From: Pseudomonadota bacterium
Lineage (GTDB): Bacteria; Pseudomonadota; Gammaproteobacteria; JAKAQQ01
Length of the DNA stretch: 37,811 nucleotides
Assembly (NCBI GenBank): GCA_027320085.1
Contig: DAHVLZ010000004.1
Location: 1-37,811 of the forward strand
Direction of reading: 5' to 3'
Part shown: in pieces, positions 20,094 through 28,275 of the stretch
How the letters are laid out: the number at the start of each line of letters is the position of its first letter
Numbering within the stretch: position 1 is the first letter of the stretch
Notes under the pieces: generated by a model
What the model was told of the DNA's origin: nothing
Database searches by the model: none
The model's input: the letters and a program-made list of their open reading frames with translations, nothing else
Position numbers and translations under genes: made by a program

Positions 20094-20345
20094 ATGACTC
20101 CCCAAACGGTTACCGCCAAAGGCCAGGTCACTCTCAAGCGGGACCTGCTGCACCACCTGGGCGTCAAGCCCGGTGGGCGGATCGCTTTCTACAAGTTGCC
20201 GGGTGGCGAACTGCGGGTGCGGGCGGTTCGGCCGACCGGGCGTATTGACGCCTTTCTCGGCCTGCTTGCAGGCAAGACCCGGAGAGTTGCCACGATCGAG
20301 GAGATCAACGAAGCGGCGACACGCGGTTGGGCGGGCGAAAAATGA
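20094..20345 (+). CDS. AbrB/MazE/SpoVT-family antitoxin
   Basis: TVTAKGQVTL...LGVKPG swapped-hairpin signature; ATGA overlap with the PIN gene. Confidence 0.9.
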   Translation: MTPQTVTAKGQVTLKRDLLHHLGVKPGGRIAFYKLPGGELRVRAVRPTGRIDAFLGLLAGKTRRVATIEEINEAATRGWAGEK

Positions 20346-20770
20346 GGATCACCCCCGACACAAATGTTCTGGTTCGTGCCGTCGTGCGCGACGACCCCAA
20401 GCAGGCGCGCGCCGCGGACCAGGTGCTGAAGGACGCCTCGGTCATCGTGCTGTCCCTGCCATGCCTCTGCGAGTTCGTGTGGGTGCTGCATCGGGTCCAC
20501 GGGCTGGCAGCCGCCGATATCGCATCCGCGATCCGTACACTCCTCGTGACTGAAAACGTCCATGCGGATGACGAGCTGATCGAGGCGGGATTGAAAATGT
20601 TGGAGGACGGTGGCGATTTCGCGGATGCCGTCATCGCCGAGGAAGGCCTACGTGGGGGGGGAGACACATTCGTGTCTTTCGACAAGAAGGCCGTGGCTCT
20701 CCTGGCCCGACAGGGATACTCGGCGCGACTGCCCAAGAAGAGCGGCACCCGCCCGTCTCACACGGGGTAA
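20342..20770 (+). CDS. vapC: PIN-domain (VapC-type) toxin
   Basis: DTNVLVR, EFVWVL, DFADAVI and FVSFDKKA provide the acidic PIN catalytic residues. Confidence 0.9.
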   Translation: MRITPDTNVLVRAVVRDDPKQARAADQVLKDASVIVLSLPCLCEFVWVLHRVHGLAAADIASAIRTLLVTENVHADDELIEAGLKMLEDGGDFADAVIAEEGLRGGGDTFVSFDKKAVALLARQGYSARLPKKSGTRPSHTG

Positions 20771-20903
20771 GTTCTGAAACGTGGCCCGCACTCGCCCAGA
20801 TCGGGGGGTTGCGGGTCCAGCGGTCGATTTCGATTGGCGCCATATTTCCCCTCCGGACGACGGTACCCCTGTGGGCACGGGATCCGACAGCTACCCGCCC
20901 GGG

Positions 20904-21031
20904 TGTTAGCGCAAAACAGTCATGTCCCCTTCGGGCATTTCTAAAATGTCCCCCTTTGGCTGAAAGGGGGACATGACTGCTTTGCGTCAGTGTCGGGCGG
21001 TGTCGGGCGGCCTTCCAAACGGCTGTTGACA
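20904..21031. mobile_element. MITE-like / internally deleted IS relic (ISNCY/IS1202-like ends)
   Basis: Starts TGT and ends ACA. Near-perfect inverted repeat CGCAAAACAGTCATGTCCCCTT (20910-31) with 20964-86; inner 12-bp hairpin 20946-74; repeated ATGTCCCC boxes; tandem TGTCGGGCGG x2; no ORF. Confidence 0.5.
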
Positions 21032-21054
21032 GGCTGGCGGGGGGGGCATAACAT
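21026..21054 (+). promoter_or_regulatory. Sigma70-type promoter for the FG-GAP gene
   Basis: TTGACA (21026-31), 17-nt spacer, TAACAT (21049-54). Confidence 0.55.
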
Positions 21055-21133
21055 CCGCCCGATGGGCTCCCGCAAGTGACCTTGATTACGACCAACAACT
21101 GCGGGGGCAACCGTCACAACTACTAAAGGCATC

Positions 21134-23011
21134 ATGAGATGCCAGGGGGTTCCGGTGGCTAAATCCAGTATCTGGCATCAAGCTTCAGGTTCCGGAAAAA
21201 CACGGCGGCGGCGGATTGTTGCGGCAGGGATCCTGTGGGCCGGGACACTTCTTTTTGCGTCCCTGGGCCCGGCTGCGAGCGCGAGCGCGGGCAACGGGAT
21301 TTTCAGCGATGTCACGGCCGTGACCGAGCCGGTACCCGCCGCGAACGACACCTTCGGGAACGGTTGCAACAGCGGTACCGTACTGTCCGCGGACGGGGAG
21401 ACGGCCCTCGTGGCGGCACCGTACGCCACCGTGGGAACCGCAAATGATGCCGGCAAGGCCTACATCTACAGTGATGCCAGTGGCCACTGGACCCCGGTCC
21501 AGGGGATCAGCGATCCGGATGATGCGGCATCGGATGACTTTGGTTACGATCTGGCCCTGAACGGAAACGGGACCATGGCCCTCGTGGGTTCTCAGGCTGC
21601 GGTCAACGGGCAGGCCGATGCCGGGAAGGCCTATCTCTATACGCTGGCCCCGAACGGCACCTGGGTCGAATCCCATGTCTTTGTGGATCCCAAGGCAACT
21701 GCGGGCGATCAGTTCAGTGTATGCGATGTGTCGCTTTCCAGTGATGGGCAAACCGCCGGGATCGCGGCGTGGCACACGACGGTCAATGGCCACGCCGAAG
21801 CCGGGGAGGTCTATCTTTACAGCGATGCGAGCGGTTCCTGGAAGCAGGTTGCGGCGATTCCGGATCCGGACGACGCCAAGTATGACGATTTCGGCGCGGT
21901 GCTCTCCATCTCGGGCAACGGCTCGAACGTCCTGGTCGGTTCGGATGCCGCGGTCAGCGGACAGGCCGGTGCCGGCAAGGCCTATCTCTATACGTTGACC
22001 TCGAACGGCACCTGGGTCGAATCCCATGAGTTCGATGATCCGGCGGCCACGGCGCTTGATGAGTTCGGGTACACCTGCCTTGCACTCTCGTACGACGGCA
22101 AGGTGGCCATCATTGCCGCAGAGGGTACTACGGTCAATGGCCAGAAGGATGCGGGCATGGCCTATATCTATGCCGAATCCGGCAACACGTGGAAGCTCGT
22201 GGCGAGCCTGCCCGATCCCACGGATGTGGCAAACGATGATTTTGGGTTCCCTGTGGCCATCTCGGAGGAAGGCACGAGCGTCCTGGTCGGCTCCGATGCC
22301 GCAGTCAACGGCCAGTTTGATGCGGGGGAAGCTTTTCTCTACACGTCGGATGCGACTGGAAACTGGACCCTGGCCCAGGTGTTTCAGGACCCTGCTGCAA
22401 CCAGTTACGACCTCTTCGGGGACAGTGGCGTGGCTCTCTCGGCCAATGGCCGGGTTCTTTTCATCGGCGCATTGCAGACCACCGTCGGCGGCTTCTCAAA
22501 TGCGGGCGAGGCGTATTTCTACCAGATTCCGGAGGTGGATCTGGGTCTGGCGCTCACTGCGACCCCGGCGAGTGTGATGCCCGGCAATGACGTGACGCTG
22601 GGTGCTGTCGTGACCAATACCGATCCGTCCGTCACGGCGACCGGGGTTGTGCTCACCGAGGCGGTGCCGGGAGGGCTCAAGGCAGTTGGCGATAATCCCG
22701 ATGGTGGCAGTTGCGTGATGAGCGGACAGAGCGTGAGCTGCACGCTGGCGGGTCTTTTGCCCGGTGCTCATTGGCAACCCAGCTTTACTCTCGAGGCGGA
22801 GACTGCGGGAACGTGGTTCGATGCGGCGGGGGTCACGAGCAACCAGGAGGATCCGGTGAGCACGAACGGCACGGCGCTGAGCCAGGTCACAGTGGGTTCC
22901 GGAAGTTCTCCTCCGTCAAGTTCGGGAAGTGGGGGGCTTGGTTTACCCGATCTTCTGCTGCTGACTTTTGGACTGTTCCTGGTGCGGATGCGGAGGAAAG
23001 TGCGGACCTGA
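21134..23011 (+). CDS. FG-GAP (integrin-alpha-like) repeat surface protein with DUF11-like Ig domain and GlyGly-CTERM-like anchor
   Basis: Signal peptide; seven repeats of D.FG..(L/V)S.DG...LVG.......AG.AYLY; DUF11-like DLGLALTATP..V.PG..VT..VTN; C-terminus SSGSGGLG-TM-RMRRK. The start codon is uncertain. Confidence 0.85.
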   Translation: MRCQGVPVAKSSIWHQASGSGKTRRRRIVAAGILWAGTLLFASLGPAASASAGNGIFSDVTAVTEPVPAANDTFGNGCNSGTVLSADGETALVAAPYATVGTANDAGKAYIYSDASGHWTPVQGISDPDDAASDDFGYDLALNGNGTMALVGSQAAVNGQADAGKAYLYTLAPNGTWVESHVFVDPKATAGDQFSVCDVSLSSDGQTAGIAAWHTTVNGHAEAGEVYLYSDASGSWKQVAAIPDPDDAKYDDFGAVLSISGNGSNVLVGSDAAVSGQAGAGKAYLYTLTSNGTWVESHEFDDPAATALDEFGYTCLALSYDGKVAIIAAEGTTVNGQKDAGMAYIYAESGNTWKLVASLPDPTDVANDDFGFPVAISEEGTSVLVGSDAAVNGQFDAGEAFLYTSDATGNWTLAQVFQDPAATSYDLFGDSGVALSANGRVLFIGALQTTVGGFSNAGEAYFYQIPEVDLGLALTATPASVMPGNDVTLGAVVTNTDPSVTATGVVLTEAVPGGLKAVGDNPDGGSCVMSGQSVSCTLAGLLPGAHWQPSFTLEAETAGTWFDAAGVTSNQEDPVSTNGTALSQVTVGSGSSPPSSSGSGGLGLPDLLLLTFGLFLVRMRRKVRT

Positions 23012-23222
23012 GAGGCGTTGCCCGGGTTCTTTCTTCCGCTGGGGATGGAAGGGAGGTGGGGGATCTTGCCCACCGTGCGGGGGAGGGACGGGCGACGGTC
23101 TGCCCCTCCCGTTCCTGCGGGCGCGCCTGACAGACGTTCCCGCAATCACTCGTCCAGAGCCCGTGATGGGTTTTCTTCCCGCGGGAAGGGGTCGACCCGA
23201 GGTACCCTGGGGGAGGATGCTC

Positions 23223-23807
23223 GTGAAATCGGAGCCGAACTATTTCTTTGCGCTTTGGCCGGCTGCCATCCGGGCGCGGGCCATCCACGATCGGATCCCG
23301 TCCTGGACGGAGCCGATGGGAGCCCGGGTACGGAGAACCCCGAGTGCAGGAGACCTTCACCTCACCCTCGTCTTCCTGGGCGCGCTCCCGGACGGGGAAA
23401 GGAGAGAGGCCATCTCCGTGGCCCAGGGGCTCACCGGTTTTGGCTTCACGCTCCGTCTGGACCGCTTCGGGTCTTTCCCCCGCTCGAAAACCCTCTGGTT
23501 GGCTGCGTCCCGCGTGCCGGAGGCACTGACCGGACTGGTGGGCCGGCTCCGGGACGGACTCGAGAGAGCCGCGGTCCCGGTTCCGGCCCCCTCCGCCTTC
23601 GTCCCCCACCTCACGATCGCCCGCCTCTCGCGACCCCCGGCCCGGGAGGGCTGCCTGATCGAACCCATCGACTGGCCGGTCACGGACTTCTGCATGGCCT
23701 GCTCCCGCCCGGGTCCTCCCTACCGGATCATGGAGCGTTGGGGGTTGGTTCCGGCGGGGGAGGGCCCGATCCAGTCGGCCGGGCCGGCGGACGCGGGAGG
23801 TTCTTGA
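23223..23807 (+). CDS. thpR: RNA 2',3'-cyclic phosphodiesterase (2H phosphoesterase)
   Basis: YFFALWP and two HxT motifs (HLTLVFLG, FVPHLTIAR); GTG start 6 nt after GGAGG. Confidence 0.88.
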   Translation: MKSEPNYFFALWPAAIRARAIHDRIPSWTEPMGARVRRTPSAGDLHLTLVFLGALPDGERREAISVAQGLTGFGFTLRLDRFGSFPRSKTLWLAASRVPEALTGLVGRLRDGLERAAVPVPAPSAFVPHLTIARLSRPPAREGCLIEPIDWPVTDFCMACSRPGPPYRIMERWGLVPAGEGPIQSAGPADAGGS

Positions 23808-24897
23808 GCGCCCGCCTGACCCGCAGAATCAGCCGTTTGGGTTTCAGGAAAGGGGGCATCCGGTCGGCACCGGCCAGGGCGTTCCGGTATTCCCCACGGG
23901 CATGGCTGGAATGCCCCAGGGCGGCTTCGATCTCACCCAGGCGGTAGTCGGCCCAGGCCTTGGGCGGATCGGGATCCGGAATCTTTGCGGCGAGATAGTT
24001 GCGGAGGAAACCGATCCCTTCCTGTCGACGGGACCCCGAGAGGGCTGAAATCAGTCCCAGGTGGTAGAAGTCGATGAGCCTCCGCGGCCGGTTGCGGATG
24101 GCGAGCGGTCGCGTTTCGGTCCACGCCGTCCGGAAGGCGGCCCGGATCACGGTTCCGGGTTTTCTTTTCTTCCGGTCGCGGATGGCAATGGCAAGTGCGT
24201 AACGCGCGAGCAGCTGGGGGGCTCGGTGGGGGACCTGTCTTCCGGCCACCACACGCTGGAGTTCCAACCAGGCGACCGACCGGTGGCCCTTTCCCCAGGC
24301 CAGCTCGGCCTGGGCCATCTGACCATAGGCTGGGTTCTCCCGCCCGATGGCCTGGAGTTCGATCCGGGCCTCGTGTGCGCTGCCACCCAGAAACCCCGGG
24401 GCATCGGAGTCATACTCCAGGAGCGAAAACCGCGCCCCGAGATCGCGGGGATCCAGGTGGACCGCCCGCTCGAGAGCCCGGTGCATGCGCTTGGCGTTGT
24501 CGAGGAGGGAGAAAAATCCCCCCTTCGCGCTTTTTGCCAGGAGAGCGGCGGCGTAAAAAAGCCAGTCCTTCGCGTCATGGGGCTCCTCCCGGACCAGGGT
24601 CTTGGCATCCCGGTAGGCCCGGCGGAAGTGGTGGTCCTGGAAGAGGGCCTCTGCGTCGAGCCGGAGCAGTGTCCCCCCGGCAGGGCCCGGGACCAGGCGG
24701 GGCCTGATGAGTGCGCGGGCGCGATGCCCGTAGCCATCATGAACCAGCATTCTCGCCCGGGTGAGGATGTCGGCCCGGACCGGGGACGTACAGAGGAGGA
24801 GAGCGACCAGCGTGCACGCCCCCCACCCGGGGTGGTGTACCGGTGGGGGTGGCGGAGTGCCAGCCCGGGGAGTGCATCCGCTCACAGCTGTGCCCAC
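23728..24897 (-). CDS. Secreted TPR-repeat protein
   Basis: Signal-like LVALLLCTSPVRA; TPR units (LERAVHLDP, YHLG, YRLGEIEAALG....ARGEYRNAL); APGFLGGS motif. The start is uncertain. Confidence 0.75.
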   Translation of the reverse strand: MGTAVSGCTPRAGTPPPPPVHHPGWGACTLVALLLCTSPVRADILTRARMLVHDGYGHRARALIRPRLVPGPAGGTLLRLDAEALFQDHHFRRAYRDAKTLVREEPHDAKDWLFYAAALLAKSAKGGFFSLLDNAKRMHRALERAVHLDPRDLGARFSLLEYDSDAPGFLGGSAHEARIELQAIGRENPAYGQMAQAELAWGKGHRSVAWLELQRVVAGRQVPHRAPQLLARYALAIAIRDRKKRKPGTVIRAAFRTAWTETRPLAIRNRPRRLIDFYHLGLISALSGSRRQEGIGFLRNYLAAKIPDPDPPKAWADYRLGEIEAALGHSSHARGEYRNALAGADRMPPFLKPKRLILRVRRALKNLPRPPARPTGSGPPPPEPTPNAP

Positions 24898-25306
24898 ATC
24901 CTCAATTGACTGGATTCATCCTAACACTCCCGACCCGCCCGGGAAGTGAACATGGATGGTCCTGTGGGCACAACGGGGTGACGTGCGCTGGCGCTGGATC
25001 TCTTCCTGTCCTGCTCCGGACCTGATTCCGGAACCGGCAGGCAATCCCAGCTTGACGTCTCCTGATCCAAAAGGTTATTTTTGAAACTGGCCAGCAAGGG
25101 ACGAGAGATGCCTGCGAAAACTCTCAGGAACCTCACCGGGATCCAGAGCCTTCTCCCCCCGCCGGTTGCGCCTCTGTGAGCATCCGTCCCTCGGGGCTCA
25201 AGACCCTGATTCCAGGTGATCGAACCCCGGTTCGGGCACGGGGTGCGAGCCCGCTTTTGATCGCAGGGGACCCGGGTTTCCGGTGGTGCCAGGCCGTCGT
25301 CCCGCC

Positions 25307-28246
25307 ATGAAGAGCCTGCGGGCGCGATTGATGATCCTTGTGCTTTTGGCCGTGATGCCGGCCGTGGCCGTGATCATCCATTCCAGGGAGGAAAACCGGG
25401 TCGAGGCGATCCATGAGGCGCATCGTGAAACCTTGTCTCTGGCCGGAACCGTCTCCGCGAGCTATGCACAGGTCATCGAGCTCACCCGGAACCTCACCGC
25501 GACGCTGGCCCTGGTTCCCACGGTCCGCTCCGGATCTCCCCTGATCTGCCACCGTTTCCTCGCCCGGATCCTGGCCCGGAACCCGTCTCTTGCCAATATC
25601 GGCGTGATCGACCGGAGGGGTGATCTCCACTGCAGTGCAGTTCCGTTAAAGAGCCGGGTCTATCTCGGGGACCGTCCTTATTTCAAGGCAGCGATCCAGG
25701 GCAGGCGGCATGTGGTGGGCTCCTTTCAAGTCGGCCGGGTGATCCACACCCCCATGGTGGTCTTCGCCACCCCGATCATCACCGCGGGTCGGTCCGTTCG
25801 CAGTGTCGTCTATGCGTCGTTGCGTCTGAGCTGGCTCGACGATCTGGCCGCCCGGGCCCGGTTGCCCCCCCGGTCGACCCTGACCGTTCTCGACCACGGG
25901 ACCATCATTGCCCGCTATCCCCAGCCCCAGGCCTGGCTCGGCCGGACCAGTCCCGCGCTGGCCCGCCTGGTTCGGCGCCTGGGATCCCGGCGTCGGCTCG
26001 TGACCGTCGGTCGAGGGATCGATGGTGTCCGCCAGATCGTTGCCGTCTACCGGGAAAATGTGACCGGTGTGGGGCTTGACCCCTACGTGATCGTCGGGAT
26101 TCCGGAGGCCGAGGTTTTTGCGCAGGGCCGGCGGATCCTGGCCACCAACCTCATCATGCTGGGCGTGGCTGCCGGATTGCTCCTGGCCATCGCCTGGCTG
26201 GCCGGCGACCGGCTCATCGTCCGGCGGGTGAGGGCATTAGTCACGGCGGCCGACCGGTTCGGTGCGGGAGATCTCACGGCACGCGCCCGGCTGGGGGGGC
26301 GCGATGAACTGGCCAGTTTGGGAACGAGCTTTGACCGGATGGCTGGACTCCTTGAGACGAATACCCATGATCTGGAGAGTCAGGTCGAACGGGTCAGGCG
26401 GCTGAACCGGATCTACCGGGTGCTGAGTGCCACCAACGGCGCAATCCTGAGGATCCGCAACCGTCACGCCCTTTTTGAGGAAGCCTGCCGGATTGCCGTG
26501 GAGCACGGAGGACACCCCGTGGCTTGGATCGGTGTTGTGGCTCAAGGTAGTAACCAGGTCACGATCGGGGCCCATGCCGGCATGGACCGGGAACTGCTCG
26601 ACAAAATGCTGGTTTCCAGGGATGCCGCTCTCCCGCAAGGCGGGGGAACCCTGGGATCGGCCCTGCGGTCGGGCCTGCCCAGTATCTGCCATGACGTGGC
26701 CACGGATCCGCGGATGACGCCGTGGCGGGATGTCCTTCTCGCAGCCGGATGTCATGCCGTTGCGACCTTTCCGCTGTCCGTGGCTGGACGGGTGACCGGA
26801 AGTTTCACGATCTATGCCGAAAAATCCGGATCCTTCGATGAGGAGGAAGTCCGTCTCTTCAAGGAGGTGGCGGTGGATATCGCGCTCGGCCTTGAGATCA
26901 TCGAGACCGGAGCCCAACGCGACCATCTGGCCCATCATGATCCGTCGACCGGTCTGCCGAACCGGGGATATTTTGTCGACCTGCTCGACCGGGCCCTCCG
27001 GGTTTTCGCTCGGGGAGGAGGGGAAGCATCGGTTCTGGCCGTGGAAATCCCGGAACTGGATGAGATCATCGACCGTTACGGGTGGCACCAGGCCGAGGAA
27101 ATCCTGCGCGAGCTCGCGCCCCGCCTCGTCGAGCGATTGCGCGAGGGCGATGTGGTGAGCCGGCTCGACCGGCATACCCTGGGCATTGCCCTGCTTGCCG
27201 GGAGTCGGGAGCCGGTCGATCCGGAAGCCGTCGCCGTCCGCCTCCTCCGGGATTTCCCTCGTGAGGTCGTGGCCCAAGATATCCGGCACCGCCTGACCGC
27301 GTTCATCGGCGCCGCCCGGCATGAGCCGGGCATGGATGCGGAGACTCTGGTCCGGAACGCCGAAATTGCGGTGCATACGCTGGAACGGACGACGGAGCGA
27401 AAATTCCAGTTTTTTTCCCATCAGGCGGATCTCCGAGAGGCCCGCCGTCACGGGATCGGGCAGGCCCTCCATCAGGCGCTGGAAAAAAGGGAACTGACCC
27501 TCCTCTATCAGCCTTACGTGGACATCAGGACCGGGAAGGTGGCCGGTGCCGAGGCGCTCTTGCGCTGGCACCCTCCCGGCCTGGGGCCGGTTTCGCCGGG
27601 CGAGTTCATTCCGATTGCCGAGCAGACCGGTTATATCAGCGAGATCGGGGCGTGGGTTTTCCGTTCCGTCCTCAGGCAGGCTCGTGCCTGGAATGACCGT
27701 GGCCACTCGCCGGGAACCGTGAGTGTCAACCTCTCCGCCCGTGAACTCGCGGATCGGCACATCGTCGAGAATATCAAGAAACACCTCGGGGAGAGCGGCA
27801 TCGACCTCGACAAATGTCCCGTGGCGATCGAGCTCACGGAAACCGCTGCGGTTCGTGATTTTTCGAGGGCCGCAACAGCGCTCGGAAAGCTTCGGGCGCT
27901 CGGGTTCAAGATCTATCTCGACGATTTCGGCACCGGCTATTCCTCGCTGCTCTACCTGCAGCAGATGCCACTGGATGTGCTCAAGATCGACCTGTCGTTC
28001 ATCCAGCGGATCATCGAGGATCAGGCTTCGCTGGCGCTGACCCGGAGCAGCATTTCCCTCGCACATAGCCTGAATCTCCGGGTCATTGCCGAAGGCGTCG
28101 AGACCGTGGCCCAGCTGACCCTCCTGGGTGAGCTGGGATGCGACATTGCCCAGGGTTATCTCGTGAGTCGCCCCCTCCCAGCCGACCTGCTCGAGCAATT
28201 CCTGGAAAAGGGCCGAGGCCCGTTTCCCCCTCCGGGTTCATGCTAG
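25307..28246 (+). CDS. Membrane c-di-GMP phosphodiesterase: TM-dCache-TM-HAMP-GAF-degenerate GGDEF-EAL
   Basis: Cache DRPYF; HAMP GRDELASL...FDRM; GAF domain; HDPSTGLPNR followed by SRLDRHT in place of RxGGDEF; intact AEALLRW, SVNLS, IELTE, DDFGTGYSS, KID, AEGVE and QGY. Confidence 0.92.
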   Translation: MKSLRARLMILVLLAVMPAVAVIIHSREENRVEAIHEAHRETLSLAGTVSASYAQVIELTRNLTATLALVPTVRSGSPLICHRFLARILARNPSLANIGVIDRRGDLHCSAVPLKSRVYLGDRPYFKAAIQGRRHVVGSFQVGRVIHTPMVVFATPIITAGRSVRSVVYASLRLSWLDDLAARARLPPRSTLTVLDHGTIIARYPQPQAWLGRTSPALARLVRRLGSRRRLVTVGRGIDGVRQIVAVYRENVTGVGLDPYVIVGIPEAEVFAQGRRILATNLIMLGVAAGLLLAIAWLAGDRLIVRRVRALVTAADRFGAGDLTARARLGGRDELASLGTSFDRMAGLLETNTHDLESQVERVRRLNRIYRVLSATNGAILRIRNRHALFEEACRIAVEHGGHPVAWIGVVAQGSNQVTIGAHAGMDRELLDKMLVSRDAALPQGGGTLGSALRSGLPSICHDVATDPRMTPWRDVLLAAGCHAVATFPLSVAGRVTGSFTIYAEKSGSFDEEEVRLFKEVAVDIALGLEIIETGAQRDHLAHHDPSTGLPNRGYFVDLLDRALRVFARGGGEASVLAVEIPELDEIIDRYGWHQAEEILRELAPRLVERLREGDVVSRLDRHTLGIALLAGSREPVDPEAVAVRLLRDFPREVVAQDIRHRLTAFIGAARHEPGMDAETLVRNAEIAVHTLERTTERKFQFFSHQADLREARRHGIGQALHQALEKRELTLLYQPYVDIRTGKVAGAEALLRWHPPGLGPVSPGEFIPIAEQTGYISEIGAWVFRSVLRQARAWNDRGHSPGTVSVNLSARELADRHIVENIKKHLGESGIDLDKCPVAIELTETAAVRDFSRAATALGKLRALGFKIYLDDFGTGYSSLLYLQQMPLDVLKIDLSFIQRIIEDQASLALTRSSISLAHSLNLRVIAEGVETVAQLTLLGELGCDIAQGYLVSRPLPADLLEQFLEKGRGPFPPPGSC

Positions 28247-28275
28247 AGTGGCCCGAGACGCTTTGGAGCTACCCG

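Noticed and set aside
21041-21068. GGGGGGCATAA resembling a XerC arm of a dif site next to the MITE
   Set aside because: There is no XerD arm after the 6-bp spacer.
23012-23222. Several GC-rich hairpins downstream of the FG-GAP gene as a possible ncRNA
   Set aside because: The stems are imperfect, lack a U-tract or known motif, and are expected by chance at this GC content.
25096-25135. GAGAG...GAAAACTCTCAGG resembling a glycine riboswitch
   Set aside because: It lacks the conserved CCGAAG core and a second aptamer, and the downstream gene is not glycine-related.
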